Shown here in pieces: positions 43,210 to 51,810 of a stretch of DNA of 64,000 bases. This stretch comes from a virus. Taxonomy: Duplodnaviria > Heunggongvirae > Uroviricota > Caudoviricetes. The translations under genes and the position numbers were made by a program. The notes beneath the pieces were generated by a model. It ran no database searches. It had not been told where the DNA came from and saw only the letters and a program-made list of their open reading frames with translations. Each line of letters begins with the position of its first letter. Within the stretch, counting starts at the first letter, position 1. Where the stretch lies: the IMG/VR virus record IMGVR_UViG_3300032236_001858. One strand, given 5' to 3'.

Positions 43210-44163
43210 ATGTCATTACTTATTTTTGATAAAGAAATGCTTGAGTTTCTGAATCTTGCTCAAAGAGATTCAATTATTGCTGCCTTGCTTTTACAAGGTA
43301 ATTCATCACATATTAATGATGAAGGTAATTATATTAAAAGAGTTGATGATGAAATAGATGCTGTTTCATTTTTGCCTAAATCTAAGTATGAAAAAGTTGA
43401 GGATCCTTGGAATCAAGGTCGTGTTAAAATAAAAGTAGGTAGATTTCTTAGAAAATTCCTAACTAGCTTTTCAATTAAAAACTGGACTATAAGTGACGCT
43501 ATGATTGAAAGATTTGTTAATCTTTACAAGTCTTACTTTTCAAGAGATATTTCTAAATTAAAGATTGTTGAGGGTAATGATATTCCTAAGTATTACTTAG
43601 AAGAAAATTATCACACTTTTAATGGTAATACTGCTGGATCTCTTTGGAATTCTTGTATGAGACAAAGAGAAAGAAATAAGTTTATGAAACTTTATGCCAT
43701 CAATCCAGAAAAAGTTAAAATGTTAATTTTCTTTTCTGATGATAATAAAGTAAGAGCAAGAGCACTTCTTTGGCAAGATGTTAAAGATCATAAGGATTCT
43801 ATCAAAAGTTATAAGTTCATGGATAGAATTTATTATGTATATGACCATGATATTAACTTCTTCAAAGATTGGGCTAAAGAAAATGGATATCTTTGTAAAT
43901 GGGAGCAAAGTGCTAAAACTGAAATGTATTTTGATGATGGTAGTGGAAAATCAGTTACAAAAGATTTATATGTTGAGTTAGACTCTAATGGTTTACTTTA
44001 CTTTCCTTACTTAGATACATTTAAGTTCTTTAATGATGGAAAAGGTAGATTTTCAAATTCACAATCATATAATTTTGACTATATTTTAGTTCAAAGTAAT
44101 GGTGCTGTTGAAAGAGAACAAGAGCCTGAACAGGAATGGGATGAATCATATGATGAAGATTAA
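43210..44163 (+). CDS. Conserved phage hypothetical protein
   Basis: IKVGRFLRK, SCMR, RARALLW, FMDRIY, PYLDTF motifs. Confidence 0.7.
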   Translation: MSLLIFDKEMLEFLNLAQRDSIIAALLLQGNSSHINDEGNYIKRVDDEIDAVSFLPKSKYEKVEDPWNQGRVKIKVGRFLRKFLTSFSIKNWTISDAMIERFVNLYKSYFSRDISKLKIVEGNDIPKYYLEENYHTFNGNTAGSLWNSCMRQRERNKFMKLYAINPEKVKMLIFFSDDNKVRARALLWQDVKDHKDSIKSYKFMDRIYYVYDHDINFFKDWAKENGYLCKWEQSAKTEMYFDDGSGKSVTKDLYVELDSNGLLYFPYLDTFKFFNDGKGRFSNSQSYNFDYILVQSNGAVEREQEPEQEWDESYDED

Positions 44164-44189
44164 AAAAACCCACCTATTGGTGGGTTTTT
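44162..44189. terminator. Bidirectional intrinsic terminator
   Basis: AAAAAAACCCACC-TATT-GGTGGGTTTTT. Confidence 0.85.
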
Positions 44190-44192
44190 ATT

Positions 44193-44948
44193 TTATATCT
44201 CTTTTTGTTCTGAACGATATTTATCGTACCTGTTTGCTATTTCAACCAAGAATTTATTTCTAACAATATCCTCATTGTTAAATTCAAACAAACATAGTTC
44301 ATTCATACCATCAACCATTTTAATAAAGTCATTATAACCTGAATCTCTCTTTTTAACATCATATTGTGATGTGTCTCCCATCATAACAGCTTTTGAATCT
44401 TGACCTAAACGAGTTACCCATAACATTAATTGTTTAATTGAAGCGTTCTGACACTCATCAAGAAGCATAATACAATTATCATAAGTAGAACCCCTCATAT
44501 AAGCAAGTGGTTCAAACATTATCTCCTCAGTTGAAAATAAAAATTCAACCGTAGCTTTTCCCAATATTTTACAGAATGTTGTATAATATGATTGACGATA
44601 TGGATCAATCTTTTCATTAACACTACCAGGAAGCGCTCCTAAGTTTTCACCTGATTCTTGAATTGGTTTGGTAATAATTATTTTTTCTATCTTTTTATCA
44701 GCTAAAAGAGCTAAAGCGGTGTAACAAGTTGTGTAGGTTTTTGATGTTCCAGCTGGTCCGTGGACTACGGTTAGTGTGTTGTTTCTAATTCCTTTGTAAA
44801 GTTCGTTTTGTTTATCACTTAGACGAACATTTGATTTTTGAAATTCCTCTTTAGTTAAAGAGTTCTTTTTTCTAAGGTTTTTCTTGTACTCAAATTCTTG
44901 AATTCCTTCTTGAACTTGGCTTCTTAATTCGCTTTTTTGCTTACTCAT
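44193..44948 (-). CDS. phoH: PhoH-family ATPase
   Basis: HGPAGTSKT, LGALPGSVNEKIDPY, PLAYMRGSTY, LLDECQN, GDTSQYD, DIVRN. Confidence 0.93.
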   Translation of the reverse strand: MSKQKSELRSQVQEGIQEFEYKKNLRKKNSLTKEEFQKSNVRLSDKQNELYKGIRNNTLTVVHGPAGTSKTYTTCYTALALLADKKIEKIIITKPIQESGENLGALPGSVNEKIDPYRQSYYTTFCKILGKATVEFLFSTEEIMFEPLAYMRGSTYDNCIMLLDECQNASIKQLMLWVTRLGQDSKAVMMGDTSQYDVKKRDSGYNDFIKMVDGMNELCLFEFNNEDIVRNKFLVEIANRYDKYRSEQKEI

Positions 44949-45053
44949 TTAGAAGATTATTTTCTCTTATATATTGATATTTTTTACCGACCCTTTTCTA
45001 TTTATAAGAGATACTAAAATTTAATATATAAGTCAAACATTACTCTAAAGGAA

Positions 45054-45269
45054 GTGAAAAAGGAGGATGACTTAATTTATGACCTGATTTTCTCAGAAAA
45101 AGAAAAATTCAAAATAGACATATCTGAATATATTGCGGATATATATACCTATGAAGAGTTTATAGAGAAAATAAAAAAGATTTTAAAAAAATCAAAGGTC
45201 ACTATTGTAAGTAGCAGTACTTTAATGAGTAGTAAAACCGTAGTTTGGGAGTTAAAAGTTAAAAAATAA
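45054..45269 (+). CDS. Hypothetical protein (GTG start)
   Basis: 71-aa ORF after TAATATATA, upstream of the structural block. Confidence 0.55.
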   Translation: MKKEDDLIYDLIFSEKEKFKIDISEYIADIYTYEEFIEKIKKILKKSKVTIVSSSTLMSSKTVVWELKVKK

Positions 45270-45272
45270 AAT

Positions 45273-48200
45273 ATGTGGACATACAATAGTGATTACAATA
45301 AATGGTTTGCCAACGATGATTCAATATCTAAAAATGATTTTGATTATCTAAAACAAGAATTAAAAGCTACTAGATATTATTCTAGAATTCTAAGTGGCGC
45401 CACATACTTACCAGTAAACGATCTTACCAATATCTATGATATTTTAGGTGATTATCAGTCAAGAGATTGGTATGTAAGTGCTGATCCTACTACTGGATCT
45501 CTTTATAGTGTTACTGCTATACCACCTCAACATGCTACTTCAATTGATTATAATAGCTATAATGATTATTCAAAGTATTTAACAGAATATGGTTTAACAT
45601 TAAAGAATTTATTTACTCCTTATAGATTGATAAAAGATGCTTCAAAAAACTTTTATTATGTAGATGTTGCTACAACTGAATCAATTGACCTTACTGCAAT
45701 TACTAAAAACTATACAATTGACAACATCTTACTAAAAGAAGGTCATCGTGTTTTAGTCAAAAACCAAGTAACAAATATTGTTTTATTATCAACAGCTGAT
45801 CCAAATACTTACTTTACTGGTAATTACACAATAGTTCAAGATTTGGGTGCTACCATTGAATATCAATATTATAATGAGCAGAATGGTATTTATAAGTATA
45901 TAAATGGTAATTTAGTAAGAGAAGCCGATTTAGATATTTATGATCAATGTGTTAGATATAGTGTTTCTGTTAAATTAGGTAATGTTAATGCTAATAAGCA
46001 ATTTCATTTATCAAGATTATTAAATGGTTACTATCCAACAACTCTTTTAGTACAACCAATCGAATTTATTGAAAGACATAACTGGATATTAAGAAATCGA
46101 GTTGATTATAATAACTTATTTGAAATTAATTATTATGACATCATTAAACACGATTCGCAAACTTATAACTATCAAGGATTTACTTATAGTATTCCTGAAA
46201 GAGCTATAGCTATTGGTGAATTTGGAGTTATCTTAAATACACAAGAAGGTAAATCAAACATAATAAAGAATAAATATAAAGTTAATTTAAGAGGTATTTC
46301 TCAAACAACACAATATTATTGGATTTGTGGTGATGAAAATACGCTTTTAAGAGTTAGGAAGCACGATTTCTTTATTGATAGAATACTACTTGAAGACATA
46401 CCTACAACATTACCTCAGTTGATTAAAACAAATTTAAGCTCTGTTTCTTTCTTTGATGATTTGAATGGTGTTTGTGTTGGTGAGTTAAATAGTGTTTTTT
46501 ATACTAAAAATGGTGGTTTCCTTTGGGAAAGAATAGAGGTTTCTGACTTTAGTGAATACAACTATAATAAAGTTTTATACTCAACAAATTCAAGTTTTTA
46601 TGTTGCTGGTAACACCGGCGTTTTAATTGAATTTGTTAATAGTATATCTGGTTGGACTGCTTATAAAAGAAGAGTCTCTAAGATTGAGGATGCTGTTGAT
46701 GAGTACTTATTGGTTGAAAATATCAATGATTTGTATAAAACTAAAACTTCTTCTTGGAACATTAGTTACAATTATTATACACAATCCATACCAGCTGATA
46801 AAGAATTGCTTTTCTTAGTTACTAATAACAATAATATTATAGCTTATGATATTAATAATTCATTTTCTCAAATAGGTTCAGATTTTATTTACTTTGACTT
46901 TGGTCAAAAATATGGCGATATTAGAAATATTACACAAAAACAAAATAGCAATATTTTTTATTTTACAGGTGTTGACTCAGTTAGTGGACATGATGGTATA
47001 TTTTCTTTTGATATAAATAACTTTAGTACTTTAGGTACTGGTAGCTCTTATTCAAATACTACTATTGGTGATACTGGTGCTACTTTTGAATATACTGGTT
47101 ATGTAAATCAAATATTTGATTATAGTGGTAATGAAATGTTAATTTGTGGTAATACATCTTTATTGGGTGTCTCTACTTATTCTACTTTAAACTTTCAATC
47201 TCTTGATACGACATTTGAAGATAAGTTAAAATCTAAAATGTTGGTTGTTGATTATGATATTGCTTCTAAGTTGAACTTCTTTACTGATGCTGGTGATTAT
47301 AGATTACCTAACTCAATTACATTTAGTAGTGTTATAAGTTCTAATATTGGTTTTAGTCCTATACAACATAATCAAACATCAACAAATAATGGTACATATT
47401 CAGAAACAAACTGGATTACATATTGGACAGATACTCAAAAAACATTTGAATATTTTACTAATACACCTATGGATAATTCAAAGGTAGTTCTAATGTCAAC
47501 TACTTTTTCATATAGTTCTATTAGTGCTTCTAGTTCATTTACAAGTAATTTTATTACATCATCAGCTTCACTTGTTTCCTTATTAGGACCAACCGTTTTA
47601 TATTCTACACAAAGTAGATTTGATTCTACTGGAATGCCTGCTATATCAGCACCATCTGGCTCTTATAAGCTTTTTATTTATGATTATTTATTAGTTTATA
47701 AAGTAAATACTAATTACCCAGTTAATGTTGGTGATGTTATGGCTTTTGAAAGTGATGTTGTTAGTGCTCAACTTGTTGTTAACAAAATAGTTACTATATC
47801 CACATATAAGTATATTTATATGTATAACGATTTTAATGAAAATATAATTACGGATCTTCAACTAACATCGAATAATATAACATTAACTAACTTAAACACA
47901 TATACAACGGCTGATGACTTAAAATATAGATTTAATATTCATCCTATTTCAAATGCTTATAGAATGGATTATTTAGATTCTTATGGTAATATTACATCAT
48001 CAGCTTCAAATGTTTTTCAACTAAGTGGTGTTTTCAATAATCTAACATCTTATTATAATTTACAAACATCTGTTAATCTTGGTTCTACTCAGTCTAATAT
48101 GATTTATACATCAGGTTTCTTGAAATTTGGTTATTCGCCTACATATAACTTAATGGATTATCTAACAGGTTTGAATAATCCTAATGATGTTAATCCTAGA

Positions 48201-50420
48201 TTTTATGCTACTAAAGAATATTTAGCAATGCCTGTCTATAAAGGAATACCTTTGGGTAGCTTGACTGCTTCAAATGCTTATATAGATTATAATGGTATGA
48301 CCGCTTCTTACGATTTAAATTCACAGGGTAATAAAATTTTATTTGGTACAGGTCTTAAACTTGAATACGATACTATATTTATTAATACTTTTGTTGATGT
48401 TGTTATTCACGGTTCATCTGATTATACAACCGAGAAATTGCTTGTATTGAATAAATACTATGATTCTATAAATAATGCTTATGTTATTGAGTTTCATAAA
48501 AGATTAAATTTCTCTTTAGGTGATTCCATTATTGGAAATGGTGGTTCACTAGATATTATATCTAGAAGAACGTTAGCTCAAATAAGTGATGATTTACAAG
48601 AGTTAAATAACATCCAGAGAGCTAAGATGAAATCAAATTCTTGGCAAGGTCAAGGAGTATTTACTTATGACAATTATCAAAATGAATTAAATTTCAAAGT
48701 ACCTACTGACTCATATACTAAAATTTTATTATCAGATTCTGATACGGTTCAACAATTATCAGCCGTTATTTATGTTGATTATAAGAATGAGTTAGCAATG
48801 AATATAACTAGATTGGCTAAAGAATATAATGTACCTATTTTAAATACTATAAATTATACTAATAAGCTTTATATTTCTTGTTCTGAAAAACATGATTTAG
48901 TTACAGGAGAAGGTGTTGTTTTAAGTTTTATTGGTGGTACTGGTTCTTCACAAGAATTAAATCCTCAATATTTTGGTTATCATGTTATTACAAAAATAAA
49001 TGATTATGACTTTTTAACAGATATCGACTATGGTATCACACCAAGTGTTGGTTCTGATATTGGTTATGTTACATATACAAAACAAGATCCTTTCTTAAAT
49101 TATCAACCAATTGACTTAATTGACTTAGGTGTTGATGCTAAGGGTAAAATAGCTTTAGAATTATCTATAGAAAATCTTAAATTAGCAAATAGTGTTTATA
49201 GTTTAATTAATGTTGACTTTGAGAAATATAGATTTAGACTGATTGATGGTCTTAATATAGAAATTGTTAACCTTTATTATGCTTGGTTACTTGAGGCTGA
49301 ATTATCTGGTGCTATTATTGGATTGAATAATAATGATTTAGTTTGGTATGATGGTACTTGGATATACGGTAGATGGTTTGGTGGTACTTGGCACTCTGGT
49401 GTTTGGATGGGTGGTGATTGGTATGGTGGTACTTGGAATGCTAATACGATTACTGATAAAATTTTAACGGTTGATGTTGATACAAAAACTATTAACTTTG
49501 AGCAATCTTTCTGGTATGATGGTAGATGGTATGATGGTACTTGGAATGCTGGTATTTGGAATAATGGTAGATGGTATGGTGGTACTTGGAGTAATGGTAT
49601 GTGGCATAATGGTATTTGGAATGATGGTACTTGGAACAATGGACATTTCGAGGGTGGTATTTGGGTACTTGGTACTTGGAATAGTGGTGTATTTAGTTGT
49701 ACTAATGAACCAGCTTATTGGTTAGATGGTAAATGGTATGGTGGTGATTTTGAAAATGGTATGTGGTATAATGGTTCTTGGGAACAAAGAAATGGTTTAT
49801 CAAGATTTGGTACTAAAGCTTATAACAGCAGAACAGCCAATTGGCAGTCTGGTAAGTGGATAAGCGGGTCTTTCTATTCAGCTATAGATACAGATGATAA
49901 TGGAATTATTATACCATCACTTGTAAATAAATATTCTATATGGAAAACAGGTCAATGGTTATCTGGTGAATGGTATGGTGGTATTGCTTATAATATGGAT
50001 TTTAAAACTGGTACTTGGTATGGTGGTATATTAGAAGAAATTGAAGTTATAGAAATTGATTCTGTAAATAATACTATTACATTAAATGGTGAGTTTTATT
50101 TTAATATAGGAGATACTATTTATATAATTGACAATCAAATAGGTAATGCTAATTCATCTTTGGGTTCTGATTCAAATCCTGGTTCTTATCAAATTTTATA
50201 CTCATCACAAGATGCAACAAATAAGAAAACTATAGTTTATATTGATTATAATATAGTAGGGTTAACACAATCTTCTCCGGTTGATACTGGTTTAAGAGTT
50301 GTTTCTAAATTTAGTAATTTAAATTGGAAAGGTGGTATTTGGACAAATGGTATCTATGATAGTGGACTTTGGGAAGGTGGTATTTGGTATAACGGTGTGT
50401 TCAATGGAACTTGGACATAA
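45273..50420 (+). CDS. Large virion structural protein with propeller-like region and Trp-Gly pentapeptide repeats
   Basis: LKEGHRVLVKNQ fibre-type motif; AIGEFGVI/ICGDENTLL/CVGELNSVFYT/VAGNTGVL blades; (W-x-x-G-x)n from about 49345 to the end. Confidence 0.75.
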   Translation: MWTYNSDYNKWFANDDSISKNDFDYLKQELKATRYYSRILSGATYLPVNDLTNIYDILGDYQSRDWYVSADPTTGSLYSVTAIPPQHATSIDYNSYNDYSKYLTEYGLTLKNLFTPYRLIKDASKNFYYVDVATTESIDLTAITKNYTIDNILLKEGHRVLVKNQVTNIVLLSTADPNTYFTGNYTIVQDLGATIEYQYYNEQNGIYKYINGNLVREADLDIYDQCVRYSVSVKLGNVNANKQFHLSRLLNGYYPTTLLVQPIEFIERHNWILRNRVDYNNLFEINYYDIIKHDSQTYNYQGFTYSIPERAIAIGEFGVILNTQEGKSNIIKNKYKVNLRGISQTTQYYWICGDENTLLRVRKHDFFIDRILLEDIPTTLPQLIKTNLSSVSFFDDLNGVCVGELNSVFYTKNGGFLWERIEVSDFSEYNYNKVLYSTNSSFYVAGNTGVLIEFVNSISGWTAYKRRVSKIEDAVDEYLLVENINDLYKTKTSSWNISYNYYTQSIPADKELLFLVTNNNNIIAYDINNSFSQIGSDFIYFDFGQKYGDIRNITQKQNSNIFYFTGVDSVSGHDGIFSFDINNFSTLGTGSSYSNTTIGDTGATFEYTGYVNQIFDYSGNEMLICGNTSLLGVSTYSTLNFQSLDTTFEDKLKSKMLVVDYDIASKLNFFTDAGDYRLPNSITFSSVISSNIGFSPIQHNQTSTNNGTYSETNWITYWTDTQKTFEYFTNTPMDNSKVVLMSTTFSYSSISASSSFTSNFITSSASLVSLLGPTVLYSTQSRFDSTGMPAISAPSGSYKLFIYDYLLVYKVNTNYPVNVGDVMAFESDVVSAQLVVNKIVTISTYKYIYMYNDFNENIITDLQLTSNNITLTNLNTYTTADDLKYRFNIHPISNAYRMDYLDSYGNITSSASNVFQLSGVFNNLTSYYNLQTSVNLGSTQSNMIYTSGFLKFGYSPTYNLMDYLTGLNNPNDVNPRFYATKEYLAMPVYKGIPLGSLTASNAYIDYNGMTASYDLNSQGNKILFGTGLKLEYDTIFINTFVDVVIHGSSDYTTEKLLVLNKYYDSINNAYVIEFHKRLNFSLGDSIIGNGGSLDIISRRTLAQISDDLQELNNIQRAKMKSNSWQGQGVFTYDNYQNELNFKVPTDSYTKILLSDSDTVQQLSAVIYVDYKNELAMNITRLAKEYNVPILNTINYTNKLYISCSEKHDLVTGEGVVLSFIGGTGSSQELNPQYFGYHVITKINDYDFLTDIDYGITPSVGSDIGYVTYTKQDPFLNYQPIDLIDLGVDAKGKIALELSIENLKLANSVYSLINVDFEKYRFRLIDGLNIEIVNLYYAWLLEAELSGAIIGLNNNDLVWYDGTWIYGRWFGGTWHSGVWMGGDWYGGTWNANTITDKILTVDVDTKTINFEQSFWYDGRWYDGTWNAGIWNNGRWYGGTWSNGMWHNGIWNDGTWNNGHFEGGIWVLGTWNSGVFSCTNEPAYWLDGKWYGGDFENGMWYNGSWEQRNGLSRFGTKAYNSRTANWQSGKWISGSFYSAIDTDDNGIIIPSLVNKYSIWKTGQWLSGEWYGGIAYNMDFKTGTWYGGILEEIEVIEIDSVNNTITLNGEFYFNIGDTIYIIDNQIGNANSSLGSDSNPGSYQILYSSQDATNKKTIVYIDYNIVGLTQSSPVDTGLRVVSKFSNLNWKGGIWTNGIYDSGLWEGGIWYNGVFNGTWT

Positions 50421-50435
50421 TTTATAAATTAAATT

Positions 50436-50444
50436 TAATATATA
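50436..50444 (+). promoter_or_regulatory. Late-type promoter motif TAATATATA
   Basis: 4 nt before ATG 50449. Confidence 0.65.
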
Positions 50445-50448
50445 CATT

Positions 50449-50838
50449 ATGATAAAGAAATATCTACAATTTATAAAAGAAGCTGATGAAACAACAGAGG
50501 CTCAACCTGCTGAAAAATATCAAGATACTGGTAAATATACTGAGCTAAAAGATGAGGTTAAATCAATGATTGAAAAAACCATTGAAAAGAATGGTGGTGA
50601 GTTCAAATCATTTGTAGATAAATTTACAAAATCTCCAGAAGATACTAAGATTGAAGGATTTATTAACGATTCTGATATTTATGAATTTTATTTAAAATTC
50701 AGAAATGATATTGATGAGTTATTAAATAATATTAAGTATTTTAATGAGGTTCCAAGTGACTCAAACACTTTTGGTCTTTATGACTATATCATACATGGAA
50801 CTGAAAAAGCTGTATCAGAAATCGTTAAAGAGTTATAA
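50449..50838 (+). CDS. Hypothetical protein with capsid-targeting-like leader
   Basis: MIKKYLQFIKE. Confidence 0.75.
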   Translation: MIKKYLQFIKEADETTEAQPAEKYQDTGKYTELKDEVKSMIEKTIEKNGGEFKSFVDKFTKSPEDTKIEGFINDSDIYEFYLKFRNDIDELLNNIKYFNEVPSDSNTFGLYDYIIHGTEKAVSEIVKEL

Positions 50839-51280
50839 ACTTCTTCTTTTCTTTTTTCTTTGTTTCTATAAATTCAATACCTTCAATACTTTTTACATTT
50901 TCACCTAATTCAAAGTGGTGTAGCGTATTTAATACTGATATAAATTTTATTTTTTTGTAGTCTTTTTCAATTTTAGCTAGTCTATCCAACATATTGATAA
51001 GTGTTTCACCATCATAGTGGCAAACTAAATTTAACGGATCGATAACAACATAAGATAGTTTGTTTTGAAAAAGTCCACCGTGACTTAATATTTCAAATTC
51101 CAAATCAACTAAAAAAGAATTTTTAAAGGCAGTAACTTCTAAGTTTTTGTTTTTTAACTCTAACGACTTTATACTTTTATCAAAATCTAGCGCAAAGTAT
51201 AAACATTTTTTACTTAAATCTATTAGACTAAGTGCTTTAGAAGATTTTCCGGAATTAGATTCACCATGAATAACTACCAT
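50825..51280 (-). CDS. Minimal RecA/KaiC-like P-loop ATPase
   Basis: VIHGESNSGKSS (Walker A), YFALD, YVVIDP (Walker B); only 151 aa. Confidence 0.65.
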   Translation of the reverse strand: MVVIHGESNSGKSSKALSLIDLSKKCLYFALDFDKSIKSLELKNKNLEVTAFKNSFLVDLEFEILSHGGLFQNKLSYVVIDPLNLVCHYDGETLINMLDRLAKIEKDYKKIKFISVLNTLHHFELGENVKSIEGIEFIETKKKEKKKFITL

Positions 51281-51717
51281 TTTATGTAATGTTTAACTAT
51301 GTTATATGTGTTTTGATGTAAATAAAAGTGATTTACTATCAAATACAAATATAAACATAATCTACTTAATAAAAAAGTAAATGAGAATAATTTGTGAAGT
51401 ATTGAAAACTTAAATGGTTTTAATATGATATTAAGCAAGTATGATATAGATAATACTACACCAAATAAATACCAACTAGTTGTAAAAAATCCACCTATAA
51501 TCCAGAGTAATTCAAATAAGCCAAGTATACCGATTGACTCTGATAAAGAATATTCAGTTTTACTTCTATATTCTTTTTTTGATGGTTTTTTACCGGTGAT
51601 TTTTTCATATTTTTCTTTCCATTCACTTATTGAATAAATTTTTCTAAATTTTAGAATAATTGATAACACAGAAAGTAATACTAAAACGCCTATTAAATAA
51701 TATATATTTCCTAGCAT
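51274..51717 (-). CDS. Membrane protein (about 4 TM segments)
   Basis: Hydrophobic segments at the N-terminus and residues about 60-135. Confidence 0.7.
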   Translation of the reverse strand: MLGNIYYLIGVLVLLSVLSIILKFRKIYSISEWKEKYEKITGKKPSKKEYRSKTEYSLSESIGILGLFELLWIIGGFFTTSWYLFGVVLSISYLLNIILKPFKFSILHKLFSFTFLLSRLCLYLYLIVNHFYLHQNTYNIVKHYIKW

Positions 51718-51810
51718 GATTATTATATTTATTAAATATCGATTGTTTCCTTTTAAGAAACAGAAGGTGTAAATAATTATATATAGATAATAAAATTAAT
51801 TGACAATTAA

